From Botryllus schlosseri (Eukaryota), in NCBI GenBank assembly GCA_051294905.1, contig CM119372.1, forward strand, positions 30,754,001-30,818,000: a stretch of DNA of 64,000 nt, in the 5' to 3' direction. The notes below the pieces were generated by a model. The model saw nothing but the letters and a program-made list of their open reading frames with translations, had not been told where the DNA came from and ran no database searches. Position 1 is the stretch's first letter, and each line of letters opens with the position of its first letter. The translations under genes were made by a program, and so were the position numbers. Below are positions 24,359-38,249 of this stretch, piece by piece.

Positions 24359-26199
24359 CAGTGGTTCTCAACCGCCGGTCCGCGACGACTTTACCACCGG
24401 TCCGCAAGGTATTTAAAATTTTATACTTTAATTTCAAGATGTAAAATGTAGAAGGCTTGTCAATTGATGAAATAAATAAAGCATCAACTTGAAGCATATT
24501 TAGAAATTCGTGAGGTAACATTAGGCCTGGAAGCATGTTCGATTTAACTCAGACCTTTGCAAAGTGCGGCCCGTGACGCGACTCTGACTGACCCACGAAA
24601 ATTAGCCTGGAATTTATAACATAAAACCCACTTTTGATTACTTATGTGTGAACTAAAACCAACGGCTGCATAAACTGTACCGGAAATGCGTTTACTTTTA
24701 AGCCTGCTTGTTCATATGTGTGCACTGTGCAGTGTGCACTGTAGTGGTACAGTAATTACGCAGCCTACGTATAAGTCGAATAATCTGGATTCAAAATACT
24801 GCAAATATAGCAAAATATACCGAAACAATTAAAGTCAACAGTAACGGTTTTCAGATAGCTCAAAACCTTTTGTTGCCATTGTTACATTACGAATTACCCC
24901 GTCTGTGATTTAAATTGACATGTCATGCGTTTCCAATCCATAATTCGTAAACAAGTCAATCAGTGCACGTGAGCACTGAGCACTGAGCAGCGGTCACCCC
25001 AAAACGATGAACAGGCATGGTCAAAAATAGAGGTGGAGACTGAAGGTAGACATTTAAAGAAGATATGGAGCACGAAATATTTGTTTACTTGAGTGAGAGG
25101 GAAACCCGTCATTTTCTTTGTGGTGAGCAGCTAGCAGTGTTTCAAGATATATGTTGAATCGGCATAATGATATAAACGCAGTGAAATTCAAACACTCGTC
25201 GGCTGGCTGGGGCCGAGAGAGCGCGGATTTCAGGGCATTTGCCGGCAAAAATCTCAAAACAATGAAGCTGAATGCCACCCTACACACAGCTTGGGACCAA
25301 GACCAGCATTGTAATATCCCAAATACATTTTGACGTCTCCATAGACAAAAGGGTATGGGGAAATGTGATCTAAGTGAATGTTTCGTGTTTTGAATATTGT
25401 CACTGAATGAATCAATACAATTTTTTGTAAATTAACCCTCACTTTCTCATAGCCTAAATTTAACACATCCACTCAGCTAGCAGCTTGTGCTAACAAACAA
25501 TTCATTGTTTTCTATTTAGAAATACGGAATATAGCTTGAACTTTTGGCCCAGCCCGCAAACCTATTTCTGCTTCTCATTTCGCACGCCTAGAAAAATAAT
25601 TGCCTACCCCTGATAAACTTGAAGTTCAAGCCGTCTCCTGTGACGACATGCGAGCGACAAGTACGAGCTGACTCGCCAAACCGCACAGTTTGCACGGTCA
25701 TTTGTTTTCGATTCATTCATTTTGTGGATGACCCCGTATCGCTGTGGCCAGGTGTTTTCGTGCAGCGTATTGCATTCATAGTTGTGGAAAATAAGGGAGG
25801 TAGCACGACAGGGTGCTTGGTCCGACTCCGAAACGCTTCTTCTGTAGATATTGTCCAAGAGAAGACAATTATTCGAGTTGGCGTAGTGCCGGAGTCGGTT
25901 AATCCACGGCCTTCGGTGAGAAAGACTGTATTCGACTCTCCGCACTAGCACGTTTATCTGGGCAAAAGAATTTTGCCTCGACTCAGCAGACTAACTACCG
26001 TAAAATCACATGAATACCATCATGGACATATTTAATTACGAACGAAACTCTTAAAACGTCACTGTCGAATACCATACGTGCAGAAAACGGTTTTATCTAG
26101 ACATTTTGGGTTGATTCAAATTTTTGATAGTCCACCGGTTCACCAAATATTTTAAAAAAATTTACCGGTCCGCGAGGTGAAAAAGGTTGAGAACCACTG
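24359..26199. mobile_element. hAT (Charlie-type) non-autonomous element, 1841 bp
   Basis: TIRs cagtggttctcaacc / ggttgagaaccactg; ccggtccgc subterminal motifs; exact TSD CTCTAGAC. Confidence 0.92.
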
Positions 26200-29100
26200 C
26201 TCTAGACAGTCTTTCAGTTAGTACGCGACATACTCAAGGTATATAAGTCGTTGGACTACATTTCAGCAGGCAACACTATATGAAAAAATAACAGTTGATC
26301 TTGCTACACTTAACTATTCGACAGTGACGTGTGAGACTTTATAACCTCTACCCTACACCGCTCTTTGCTTGTCGCATGCTATTCTGCCGCATGCTCAATG
26401 CTCATGATTATGTCTACAGACCTTATAAGTATCGAGAACTTTCGTTGAGTGGTTAGACGCGGGCGTGAGAGTTGATATTGCTTTTAATCCAGTAATAAAA
26501 TTGGCGCTGTGTTATTCTAATCAAGTGAAAATAGATTCAGCTATCCTATGAATAATTTGAAAATGAATGGTTCTCATCCATCTCTATAGTTTGGTACGGG
26601 ACTTGTAGTATTATTCTCCAGAGCCCACCAACGAACTCTTCCGATAACGTGGAGACCACAAACCGACACATGCATTCACATTGACAACAAGCAGTTTGTC
26701 ATATCAATTAAATATTTGACCATCGTAAACTGCTTTTCATTACATTTCAAGCGCGTCATACCAAACATATTCGAGCATTTCGGCGTCGTAAGCATGAATG
26801 CCATGTTATACTTCCGCCTGATACCACCCAGGAGACCTGATTTACCGCATTAAATTACGACCTTGTCATTTGGCCAGTCGCCACTGGTTTTGTAGAAATT
26901 CAAAGGTGGCGCTAAGGTAAATGTATCGTAACATTCTTGCGACTCGATGCATAAATATACTAAATACTTAAAATATACCCAAACATAGAGCGAATGTCGT
27001 AATTTATGATCCAAACCATGTTTCGGTTTTGAGCTTTATTTCCAAATCCAAATCAAGAAAGTCCCGAACCATGATGTACTAGAAACCTATACTGATCACA
27101 TTCCACATCGAGTGATGTCACTATTCGAACGACACATGGAAATTCGAAAGCAATCGGAGATCTTCGTATCAGTTCGAATCTTAATTCGGTTTTCGAAAAT
27201 CCACAGACGATCTTGGTGATCCAAATTTTTTACAGTTCAAATGTGACTCCATGATTAATTCTATTTCTATTGCAATCAACAATAATCTAACAATTCCCTT
27301 TAGTTTGAAAATTGATGCCCGATAGACAAATGCCACATATTTTGTAATGCAGACTGCATAGAACAGTGGTGGCCACTGGCGATCCTTTTTGATCAAAGGG
27401 CCACATGCGGTTTTCCAAACGATAGCACGGGTCACTTGAGTGTTGATCACCTTTTTAGTCGTCCGATATAAGCGAGCCAGCACATGACGATGAGTGCAAA
27501 TACTTATCTTCCTACTCAGCAAAACAGCTGGCATTTATGCCATGAAAAATCAAGATGCATTCATGTTCTAGCCGCGCGGGGCGGGAAAATATTTCAAAGT
27601 TTACGAATGACCTCGGCCAATTATATTGGGTATTTGCATATAATGTGGGTAAGACGCCATCATTTGGGCCACGATTTCATAGCCGTCGATCCTCCTGGGA
27701 CAATGCATGTTGGCAGGAGTTGGTTGATTTCATATATATATTGGTGCATCCTGTCTAGGAGATGACTGCTGCCGAAATGCAGGTCCCCGGACTGCACACA
27801 ACTACACTCAAACATAAGATTGCAATATCGGTGCCGGTATCTGAATTAGCGATTAGTAGACTACTTACTGCAATGCGGTCCCAAATGATAAGGCAAACAA
27901 TGGCGGCATTTGTAATCTGCATATTTTACTAGATGATCCAAGGAAGGTATGGTGCGAGAGGCGTAAATCACTTCTGCTACACCACTGATTGGCAGGTTCG
28001 AGGTCAACCGAGGTCGGAGGGTAGGAAGTATATTTGTATATGGGCCCTTCATCGTCACCTCAGCAGTGCTGTGAGTGTTAGAACGGGAATCACAAACAAG
28101 ATTTGTGGGTCCAATGTAACGTGATCACAGTTGGCTAAACAATAACAGCAATCCAACGGAACCTCTTTGCATATCAAATTCCGTATGCTGCAGGACCAAG
28201 GTTGCGGCAAGGCATGGTGGGTTCAACCGTTCCTTTTGGGTCCACGACGTGTTTGGATCGGCCCGTGGGCAACACGACGCTAACATCTGAAACGCAAGTG
28301 CGGTGTTGAGTCACGATCTGCTTTTAGGTATGGAATCAGTCAGAGTGGCCTGACCTGGCATCCTTAATTGTGTGGTAGTTGGAATTAATCGCACGTAATC
28401 TAATCGCGGCGACCACGTCTTCCATCGTACCAACTGCAACACATGTGTGCATTGTGCAATTTAGTTGTAAACTTGCGTGCGTTGCTTCATAAATCGAAGT
28501 AAACTGTTGTTAATGCCCCAAAATATATATCGTTATAGATGCAAGGAATGCAGTTTACTGTTACCTTTAAACCCACAATATACCGAAAACACCTTCCAGC
28601 AACAATGTATTTATATCATAATTATTTCTAGGTATTGAAATTTGATTTCTGCCCTTGAAAGTTTACAATTTTATACTGGAGTACAATTCAATTCTTGATG
28701 TATAATAACTGGAGAATGCTTCCTTAGTTGTGATCATGTAGAGTTGGCTTGCGGCTAAAAATCATTTCAAGACAGGTGGAATTCGTATAAAATATTCCGA
28801 ATAATTTTGATTTGAGCTCGATTTGCAACTAATTCGAGTCAATAGCGGATGAGGACAATTGGACATGACTTTGCACATGATAATAAATAAATTCGGATTC
28901 CGTTCGTATTCGAAACTCAAACGCGGTAGATTCATGTTCAATTGAAGAAAACTCTCTGATACGAGAGTAAATGTATAGCATGAATCCCGCATCGTATATA
29001 CGAATTTTCGCATCATCCGAGATAATATGAACTCATTAATCCAACATATCCAACGATAATTCACTACGGTAAATTATAATTATTGAAACGATGTTGGTAT

Positions 29101-32084
29101 TACCTTGATGAAAAGCGATCGCAGGTCTAACCGCCGATTCATCCTATACGATATATCCATATTCATAAAGAACACCGCCTTTCAAGTCCTAATTTGGAAC
29201 GATTGGGTAATAACAATCATGTATTCCTTTCCGACTCGTTAGCTCTTGTTATATTTTCGACTTATTCTGGTGCCGTACCGAGATACCTGGCTGTTCAAGC
29301 GCGTTTACGCTCGGCCGGCCGTCCTGCACCATTACCCCTCGTTAAGAAGCTTTGAGGAATAAGTAAAAATATTGTGTTCGAGCGATACGAGGGTGCTGTC
29401 TCTCTCCGCCTTTTCTACATTGCGTGATTGTGTTATCGCGGTTGTGTTTGCCTGTCTTTATGTCGTAATGAATCGCTGTTTTGATAACAAAGATCAGATT
29501 AGTACAAGCAACCAGCGAGTTGTCCTGCTTCGCTCGTTACAGATTAGTCAACGCTTGACATTGGCCGATTTTTCGTGAAAAGTTGCAGGGGTAATAATAT
29601 AGTAGTGGGCGAGATTGAATGGAATAGCGGAGGCACGTAACGCTTGATCGATGGTACCATGTAGCATAGGCGACATAACGCAAAGGTATAAAGTTTTAGT
29701 AAGAGGTTGTCGGTTGTGGGGCCAAGTATGGAAGCTGGGTGGCTAAAACATTGACGATTAGTACTCTGTTTATCATATAAACTTCTTGGTTGGTGGTTGA
29801 TGATGGCTGTGGGTTTACTATTAAAAAAGTTAACGTGTAGAACTGTAGGTTTGATTGGTTGTTCAGATATTTTCGATTTCGCGAGCAAGCAATTCTTCGA
29901 TATCTGATTGGGTATCAAATCCTTGATATGATTTTCGGGAACGTCAGCGTAATGAGTGAAAACATCACATCACCTAATATGGATTCAAAAGTTTATTCAA
30001 CTGAGCGTCTCAGCTATATTTACTATTTGAGAGTCAGTTTTCTTCCCATTTCACATGCGGTATGGTAAAATACCATGGTACAGAGCACAAAATCCGCCAC
30101 GTAGGCTACTACACAACTGCTTAGTGCGAAATTCCGCCATGTATTGCGGTGTCCGACAGAAAGGAGTATTATGCAGCAGTCTTAAATTGCATGTGTTTAT
30201 TCACATTCAATACGTGTGATGTTTTAGGTGTATTTGGTGTAAATGCGAAATTATGCAACAAAGTGCCAATACTTGTGGCATATGCATTCGCTCCTTTCGC
30301 GTGTCGGTTACTTTGAGTATGTTACATAGTTAAGGCTTTCTTTCCGTTTTATCGTGTCATTACCCGAAGCTTCGTTTACCTTTCGCTGGATTCGAAGTCT
30401 ATTATGTGTATGGGCCGTAACGCTCGGTGTTAAGCGTATTATTTCTGGTCTTTCTCACGTCACGTCGGGAGTCCGGTGAGTCACTTACCGCGCAGTTGAG
30501 CGTTTAGGTCAGCGAGGTTTCGGCCTATCTGTCTCCGGCAGCACTTGTGTTGTGATTCACGATTGTACACTACAGTGCACACTTGTGACTGTCAAGATAG
30601 GATCGGAACCGGAGTATTTTTCACAAAACACGCGAGGGGAAATCGATTCTGGTCCCACGAATCTTTGTTTTTACAGCGACGCCTTTAATTGACGTGACAC
30701 GGATTGAGTCGTTCCCGTTTCGTTTTGGAATTCGTTAACTAATGTTATTGCAGGACGGCACTTTCTCAATTTAGAGTTTACAAGAGCGCTTTCCAAGTTT
30801 CCGCACGAAGTGTAGGCTGATCGGGTGTTCAGACCAATTCCGTCTTAGGTGGCGTGACAATGTGTTTCCTAGCATTTCACTATGAGCGAATCGATGTCTT
30901 TTTAGCGGTTATTACGGCTTCGTAATGTACACGCTTTCGCAGTTAGCGCACTGTAATCGGGATAGGAGATGTAACTTTGCGAATTTGTCTTTCCTTGTTA
31001 TTATGAAGTGTTCTTTGTACCGGCACGTTAGATGCACACTGCACATATATACACTATTATCCTTTATATACCCGAAAGTAACTTTTTGCCCCCTCTCAAA
31101 TTGTTGGTACAGAATAATCAATTTAGACTTCAATATATCAACAATGACTGTTATATAGTCGCCTTGACGTATTTATTGGCTCGAAAACAAATGGAATATC
31201 TAGGTGGCTTGCTCAGCATGCAATATTCTATGAGTGGAAAATCACATCGAAACACTGCAGCTTTGGGATTATAGTCAGTTATTTGCAACTCGGAGTATGC
31301 ACTTGCGATTATTTCGTTGAGATTTGGCACTGCATTAAGTAATACATCATGGTATTTCATGGTATTTATAATGTGCCAACTATGATTTACGTCGGAGAAT
31401 ATTGTAGAAAGGTAGTGTTCACCTGTTCACGTTTTTGTTGCAAACTATTTCTGACGTGTATATAGGCCCTACTAAATATTGAGGCAATGCTCTGAATTCT
31501 TTCAGTAAAATGTATTAGGTTTCAGCATTTAATTGTTTTAAGCAAGTGTAGGAAGGGTTATATCTGATGGATAGTGTCCATTGTCCATGGCGTGGTCGCT
31601 TGAACGAACTCGTCATCCGTTTCAACCGTGCTGCTACGTCCTTTCCGCTCTGAATGTGAGGATACGCCGAAACTGTCCAATTAGTGACATTGCCTCATAC
31701 CAAAAGATTTTGCATTCAACCATGGTCACTGACGACACCAGCGTAGAAAAACTGTGTTTTAAGATTACATTCCAACCGCAAGTCTTTCTAGATTATTCAA
31801 AGGGCCTATCATACACAAAGAGTAGTCCAGCAAACCGCGCAGTATCCTTTATTTTGCTAAATTCCACTATAACTCCGAAAACTGAAAATGCACTTATACT
31901 TTTGGTTGTCCAGACAGTGGAACTCACTGATAAAATACGCGATTAGGAAATATTTCCACAATTGTGAGCTATATGACTCACTACCGTAACCCACATGTTT
32001 AAGTGTATATCACCCATTTTCGAGTCGTACATCATTGGGTTCCATAATGAAATCATCCGTATGGGCGTACAACGTACATGTAAC

Positions 32085-32727
32085 GTAGGGGAGATGTGGT
32101 ACCGATGGATCAAAAATTGGAAAATGATCGCTGGCCCCAAAATGTTCAGCCGAAAACAGCAGATCTTTTGCTGGCTCAGCACTTTGATACAAGCTCTACC
32201 TATCGCGCACATATACATGAATTTCCGTCTTTTCAAAAAAAAATTTATGGACGTTCAAAATTTGTTGCTCGAACGTGTCATCGGTCCCCACCCGGTGGGT
32301 CCAATGGCACACGACCCGGGGACCTATGACACATATACCCTAAAAAACTCAGATGTGACAAATTTTCTTGCTCAGTATTATAATCTAAGCTACAGCAAGC
32401 CAAAGAAGAATGTTTGATCCCTACCGTCAAAAAATAATATAAATATCAACTCAAATGTTGTCATAAAATCACGTTTCGATTTAGGCTCGGACTTATAAAT
32501 TTGAGGGTACATACATATTGCCCGAAAATCGACAGTGTGACTTCCAAATACCTCGTTATAGCGATAAAACATCATCTGCAATTATTACATAAAGATTTTC
32601 TGTACGTAGGCATGTTTTATTTGATTCATGATTAGTATGCTTGATTATTTTGCTTGATTTGGCTATTGTATCATCGGTCCCCACCCCATCCACCCCCAGT
32701 GATCCATCGGTACCACATCTCCCCTAC
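32085..32727. mobile_element. pogo/Tc1-like MITE
   Basis: Perfect 28-bp inverted repeat gtaggggagatgtggtaccgatggatca / tgatccatcggtaccacatctcccctac, consistent with TA|GGGGAG...CTCCCC|TA. Confidence 0.85.
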
Positions 32728-35700
32728 CACAGCAGCAGACATACTGATATAAATAATAAAGGACCGTTTAATCATCGAATGTTTACATTCGATAATTTAT
32801 TGAAGTCCCCTCTGCAGTCGCTGCGCACATTGTGACGTCAAAATTGTGAATTCGTCACGCTCGATAAATCATTATTTGTAGTGTACCTTTCAGCGCTCCT
32901 GCGTTTTGTCATTAAAGATGATGGACTCTATGTACGCTATTGCAGATAATTTTAGCATACTTCCATTTGTAGTTGAAAGGAAAGTCAAAGTGATTTGACC
33001 ACAGCTTTCGTGTCTCATCAGTTGCATGAATTTACGGCATTGCATTTTTATTAGTTTTCGAGAAATGTGTGTTTTACAAACATGCCATTTTCAATCGTAA
33101 CTTAAGCCTGAACTCTGGTTCAGTTATCTTTTTATATTGCATGCGTCAAATGTTGCAACGCCGCTACATTAGTTGCGCATTGTGTACAACATTTGTGGCT
33201 TCTTTAAACAGTTCAGCTGACCGCCTTAAATTGGATAGTGAGTTGTTACTTTGATGCGGCATGAATAAACCGGTTCGCCGAATATCGTCCTCTATTTTGC
33301 GAGGCGGCTTTGAGTTCTCCAGTAGCAAATGAAATACGGCAACATGAATTCCCGTTCTCCGACGCGTATAAAGCGAGTTACGCGTTCATGCTCCTTTCTT
33401 TGTTCAAGGATTTAGTTAATAACGAAGGTCGTACCACTCGTACGGATAATCCTTCTGTTATTCACGCTTCTGTTACACATGCCAGGTTCACAACGATACG
33501 GCTAAAACAGTTATCAATAGGCCTTCTGCGTGTACTCCGACCAACCGTTGCTCGCAGTGACGGAATTAATTTAGAATTGTTGCCAATATCAGTTTCTCAA
33601 TGAGCTTGAGCCGGTGTTCGCTTTCATGTGCGATACTTCAAGTGCAGCCGACTTTCAGAAATCCTTTGATCTCTTTAGACTAACCCTAATCACGTTTCGT
33701 TGAAGTAGGGTGAAGCGAAATTACATTGGGATACTTATGCGTGGCTACGGACCATTACAAGTACAATTGCGGTTGTTCCCTTGAGACAAGGCAAGTGAGC
33801 ACATAACCTTCGCGGAAGGTGTCTGTCATGTAGCGGCAAAATTCCAGCTAAATTCTGTGGCTCCGTTTGTCGGTATTCACCCAGTCTTTATCCAGCATCG
33901 ATTCGCTTACACCACCGGATTTAATTTCGACCAAGGCGCGTTAAATTCGCACTTATACCTCCTCCCCCCACCCCGTGGCACCCAGAAATATGGAAGGTAC
34001 GGCAGATCACTAAAAGTATCGCATTGTAAGTTACTTTGTTATCGCTAAAATATTCACCTCTGCACAATTAGCAACTCGTGTTATGGAATTTATCATGTCA
34101 CATGTCAGCTTACCCGAGTAGAGTTCGAACTTCGCCGTCCCCGACTAGAATCGAGTCGGACTTTTCATATTAATTGTTTCTCATCAGTATCCTCCTGTAT
34201 TCCGATACTGTGGTAATCCCTTCAAACTGTCTTATCTGTAATTTGAAAAACAACTTGAAACAGCGAAATGTATGGATGTGGTCTATTTAGGTGGTGTGTC
34301 GGAACCAAAATGCTCTAATCAGATGATCAGACCTGATTCTATCCCTTTCAGAATTTCAACTTCAAAACCCAGTAGGAACGCAAACCATGTATTCACTTCG
34401 TATCATGCTCCAATGCAAGTACCTATTTCATCAAATGCATTAAGAAGTTGCATAAAACTTCAAAATTATTCGAAATTCCGCTTTCAAACCCTCAAACAAA
34501 TTCACTAGTCCAAGTCCAAATTGAATTTGTGGGGAATATTCATAAATTTTTTATCAAGTCAGAAACCAAAGGCGAGTTCACATCTTTCACCCAGACAGGG
34601 AATGTTGAATTTGCAACGCAGGGTACATTTCTTGTCCAATTTGACCTCTGCGTTTACGATTTACGGAGCACAGGAGGCGGAGAGCGAATAAAATTTTTCG
34701 CGCAGCGGGAATCGCCGAAAATAGAGTGTCAGATGGCACGCCGCAATTCAATTCGACATTTTACCACTGAGCTATTCGATTATGCAAATGTTGCACCGTT
34801 GTTAGTACGATCGCCCACGATTCGACGCCAGATATGTGTAAATGAAATTCAGTCGCTGTGTCCGGGAAAATTCTATTGACAATAAATATGATGGTAGGTC
34901 GGTGATAAATTCGAAGTGCCAGTGCATTGCATTCGTGCGTGGTAGATCTTCGTGACCTGTACTGGTCGCAATTATTCTGGATTCATAAGTCCGGTTAGAA
35001 AATATTGGAATCCCATTCTGACTTAATCTCTGCCTGAATTCTCCATTCTGTCCGAAAAATTCGTGTTCGCTGTAGATGTCAATGTATCATGTCTAAGATG
35101 TAGATGACCGCAGTATATTTTAAAGCAATGAAATACACATTTGTGCTTTGTAAGCAGTCAGAAATATAGCTTCTGTCATTAGATTTCCAACATCTTGAAC
35201 TGTTTCGTATCCTGCACTTTGGGGAAAATAATGAGAGTGGATCAAATGCTGCGTACGGCAATTTTGCTGGGCTCATCTCCGGTTTAAAAATAGCACTTTG
35301 TGCAGGGGCGAATTTTATGTGATTTACGCGGACACTCACTCCGGGATGTTATCTCCGCTGCCCACACAATGATCAGCCCCGCTTCCTCGATTAGTTCCGG
35401 TTTGATCGGCGCCTGAATTCTTGATTAATCCATCGTAGATCGCTCATCTGTAAGTCTTCCCGAATAATCTTTTTTCTATTGATAAATCGCTCGCTTGTCT
35501 TTAATAATAATAATCACATTGGCTTTTGTGTTTATCGTGATTTTTATATTTGCTACTATTGTTCTCCATTTTGTAAACTGAAATCGCGCGTAACACCCGC
35601 AGTGATCTTGTATAATTCTCATGAGCCGTGATGGAATAGGCTAACATGCGATAAGCAACCTCTCCTTTTTACTATATTAATGTAACGAATGACTGTTTTG

Positions 35701-36670
35701 GCGTCAGGGATATATTTACTTATCTACAGTAGGCTGTTGCGGCGGTATCGCCGTGCTGTGTGTTGTCATCCGGGCTGTAATAACACTTTGTCAGGCCCCT
35801 CCAAAACACTTTTCTTGGATACTCCATGTTGTGATTAACACACCTTCTCAGAGACTTCGCCATTTATGTCGTTTATGGATAATACATATATGTGTGCAAT
35901 GTGCATCGATATATTGTTCCGCCCCCGAGACTTCACTTCACTTCACATCATTGAGGTCAAGTCAGTCAAGTTCATATGGCACCACAAACTATAGGGCAAA
36001 TTGTTATTGATTGTCGATTGTAAGTCGTATTAATCTGCCCCAAAGTACCCTATTTTATATTCATCCACAAAATATTGAAATAATTTTTAGCCCTCTTCGA
36101 GCTTGCCCCCTAATTGGCGGGTTTATGATTTCTGGTTGTTATTTCTGACAAGGCGAGAGTTGGATTACATATTTCCAGTACAAAAAATAGTCACGTTCCG
36201 GCTTTATATATAAGCACCAACACAATGACCGCGACGCATATCTAAACGCGACTGGTGCCATGGCTGCAAATTCCCATTCTACTACCTTATTATGTCCCGT
36301 GGCGTATCATGATGTGCTGTATGACCCGTGCGGGATACGCTAGATATGTCGTCGATGGAGTGTTGACTGACGGCATTCGTCAATAACGTCCCTAACAGGT
36401 AGACGCTCTATTCCAATTTTCAACGGCCGTACGATTAACAATAAATATATAAATTATAAGCCACATGCAAACATGTCTTGAACGACGCAATGAACCTTGA
36501 CGTCTCGCTAGATCAGTTGTTCCTAAACTTTTTCACACGCGCCAATCTTATCGTTAAATCAAAGAACGATTGAAACGAACATTGGAGTTATTCCCAGTAT
36601 AACCTAATGGTTATCAAAGTCGAAACAGTTCTTAGTAGCCGATAACGCTCATATCAGATAGTATGTGGAT

Positions 36671-37317
36671 TAGGGGTCTTCAAAAATGACTTTATTTCTC
36701 AAATTGTACTGGCTACTTGATAAAATTGTTAGGTTACCTAATTCAAGCCTACACACCAAATTTGGTTCAATTCCAACCAGGAGAAGAAAGTTTCTATTTA
36801 TTATATAAAAGTAAATAACAAAAAATTTGAAAATTTTCTGATCACTCCATGAAAGTGTTAGGTTGTCTATATGAACGATGTTCAACAAATTTGGTTCAAT
36901 TCCAACTAGTGGAAGCGGAGTTATTGCCGTCGAAAAATTTGGATTTGAATAAAATAGTATTTACGGTGGGCACCACTATAATAAATAATTAAAGAATTGA
37001 TCACCGTAAATACTATTTTATTCATAATCCGAATTGTTCGACGGCAGTAACTCCGCTTCCACTGGTTGGAATTGAACCAAATTTGGTGAACATCGTTCCT
37101 ATAGACAACCTAACACTTTCATGGGGTGAACAGAAAATTTTCAATTTTTTGGTATTTATTTTTATATAATAAATAGAAACTTTCTTCTCCTGTAGCAATG
37201 CGGCTACTGGTTGGAATTGAACCAAATTTGGTGTGTAGGCTTAAATTAGGTAACCTAACATTTTTATCAAGTAGCCATTACGATTTGAGAAAAAAAAGTC
37301 ATTATTGAAGACCCCTA
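36671..37317. mobile_element. Foldback MITE (~300-bp arms) with 8-bp TSD
   Basis: taggggtcttcaaaaatgac... / ...gtcattattgaagaccccta; arms pair almost to the centre (~33-bp spacer near 36970-37001); exact TSD ATGTGGAT. Confidence 0.92.
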
Positions 37318-37533
37318 ATGTGGATATACGTTCAGTTAATACAGGCTTGATGCTAAGTTTAAGCATTTATTAGCGAACGCAGAAAGCCTTTTTCACATGG
37401 CGTCCAGTAAGACGATTTTTATTCCACCACGCATGTGCTGAAAAGTATTGAGTCTTCGTCTGCATTATCATTTTAGCTAGTTTCTTGAAATAAGGGAAAG
37501 TTTCCTCGGATTACTAGCTAGCAGTATTGACTT

Positions 37534-37746
37534 CATTGAATAGTATATTCATATCGAAATGAACCCGAATGTTTTCGGCTGACACTCGTCAGCAAGTGTT
37601 GGATAATTAACAATGTTCTTTCCAATTCACTACTAGTTGCTGACAATTAGGCTACCCCTGACGAGTGTCAACCGAAAATATTCGGGCTCATTTCAATATC
37701 AATATTAACGGTATATTGTAGCTCTGTACCTTCAAGCAGCTCCTCA
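37534..37746 (+). mobile_element. Very short Penelope-like inverted insertion with 11-bp TSD
   Basis: Inverted pLTR pieces; truncated hammerhead on minus (37592-37563) and full core on plus (37654-37687); flanked by AGTATTGACTT at 37523-37533 and 37747-37757. Confidence 0.8.
37654..37687 (+). ncRNA. Minimal hammerhead motif
   Basis: ACCC-CUGACGA-GUGUCAACC-GAAA-AUAU-UC-GGGC. Confidence 0.7.
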
Positions 37747-37759
37747 AGTATTGACTTAA

Positions 37760-38249
37760 AGGGGCACTGCGCTCTAAAAATGATGTGGTCTCAAATTGAA
37801 GGTAAAAACGAACAAAAATGTTTGGCCTCAGCCATTTCCTTCAGAACGCCACCGTAATGGAGCTGCAATTTATTGAAATTTCTACAAGACCAGCTGCCGC
37901 GGCTGCTTAACCCGTTACATGGCGCGATGTCTTCATCGTCGCACTTGCTCGACGCGATAAGGCAGTCACGCAGAGAACGAAACTTAGACACATTTCCTTC
38001 ATAACATCGGCTGACAACTATCTAAAATTCGTTCTCTGCGTGACTGCCTAATCGCGTCGAGCAAGTGCGACGGTGAAGATATCGTGTCATGTAACGGGTT
38101 AAGCAGCCGCGGCAGCTGGTCTTGTAGAAATTTCAATAAATTGCAGCTCCATTACGGTGGCGTTCTGAAGGAAATAGCTGCGGCCAAACATTTTTGTTCG
38201 TTTTTACCTTCAATTTGAGACCACATCATTTTTAGAGCGCAGTGCCCCT
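37760..38249. mobile_element. TTAA-flanked foldback MITE (Kolobok-like), 490 bp
   Basis: ttaa|aggggcactgcgctctaaaaatgatgtgg ... ccacatcatttttagagcgcagtgcccct|ttaa; ~220-bp near-perfect arms. AG...CT termini with a TTAA TSD fit Kolobok better than piggyBac (CCY termini). Confidence 0.85.

Noticed and set aside
25604..25951. Overlapping 109/115-aa ORFs inside the 24359 hAT element
   Set aside because: No recognisable transposase or other motif in the frames I read.
28250..28295. Minus-strand DVSVVLPTGRSK resembling a RecQ/DEAH Walker A region
   Set aside because: Too short, lacks GKS/T, and no further helicase motifs were found nearby.
34448..34879. 143-aa ORF
   Set aside because: No ATG start, no recognisable domain, no splice support.
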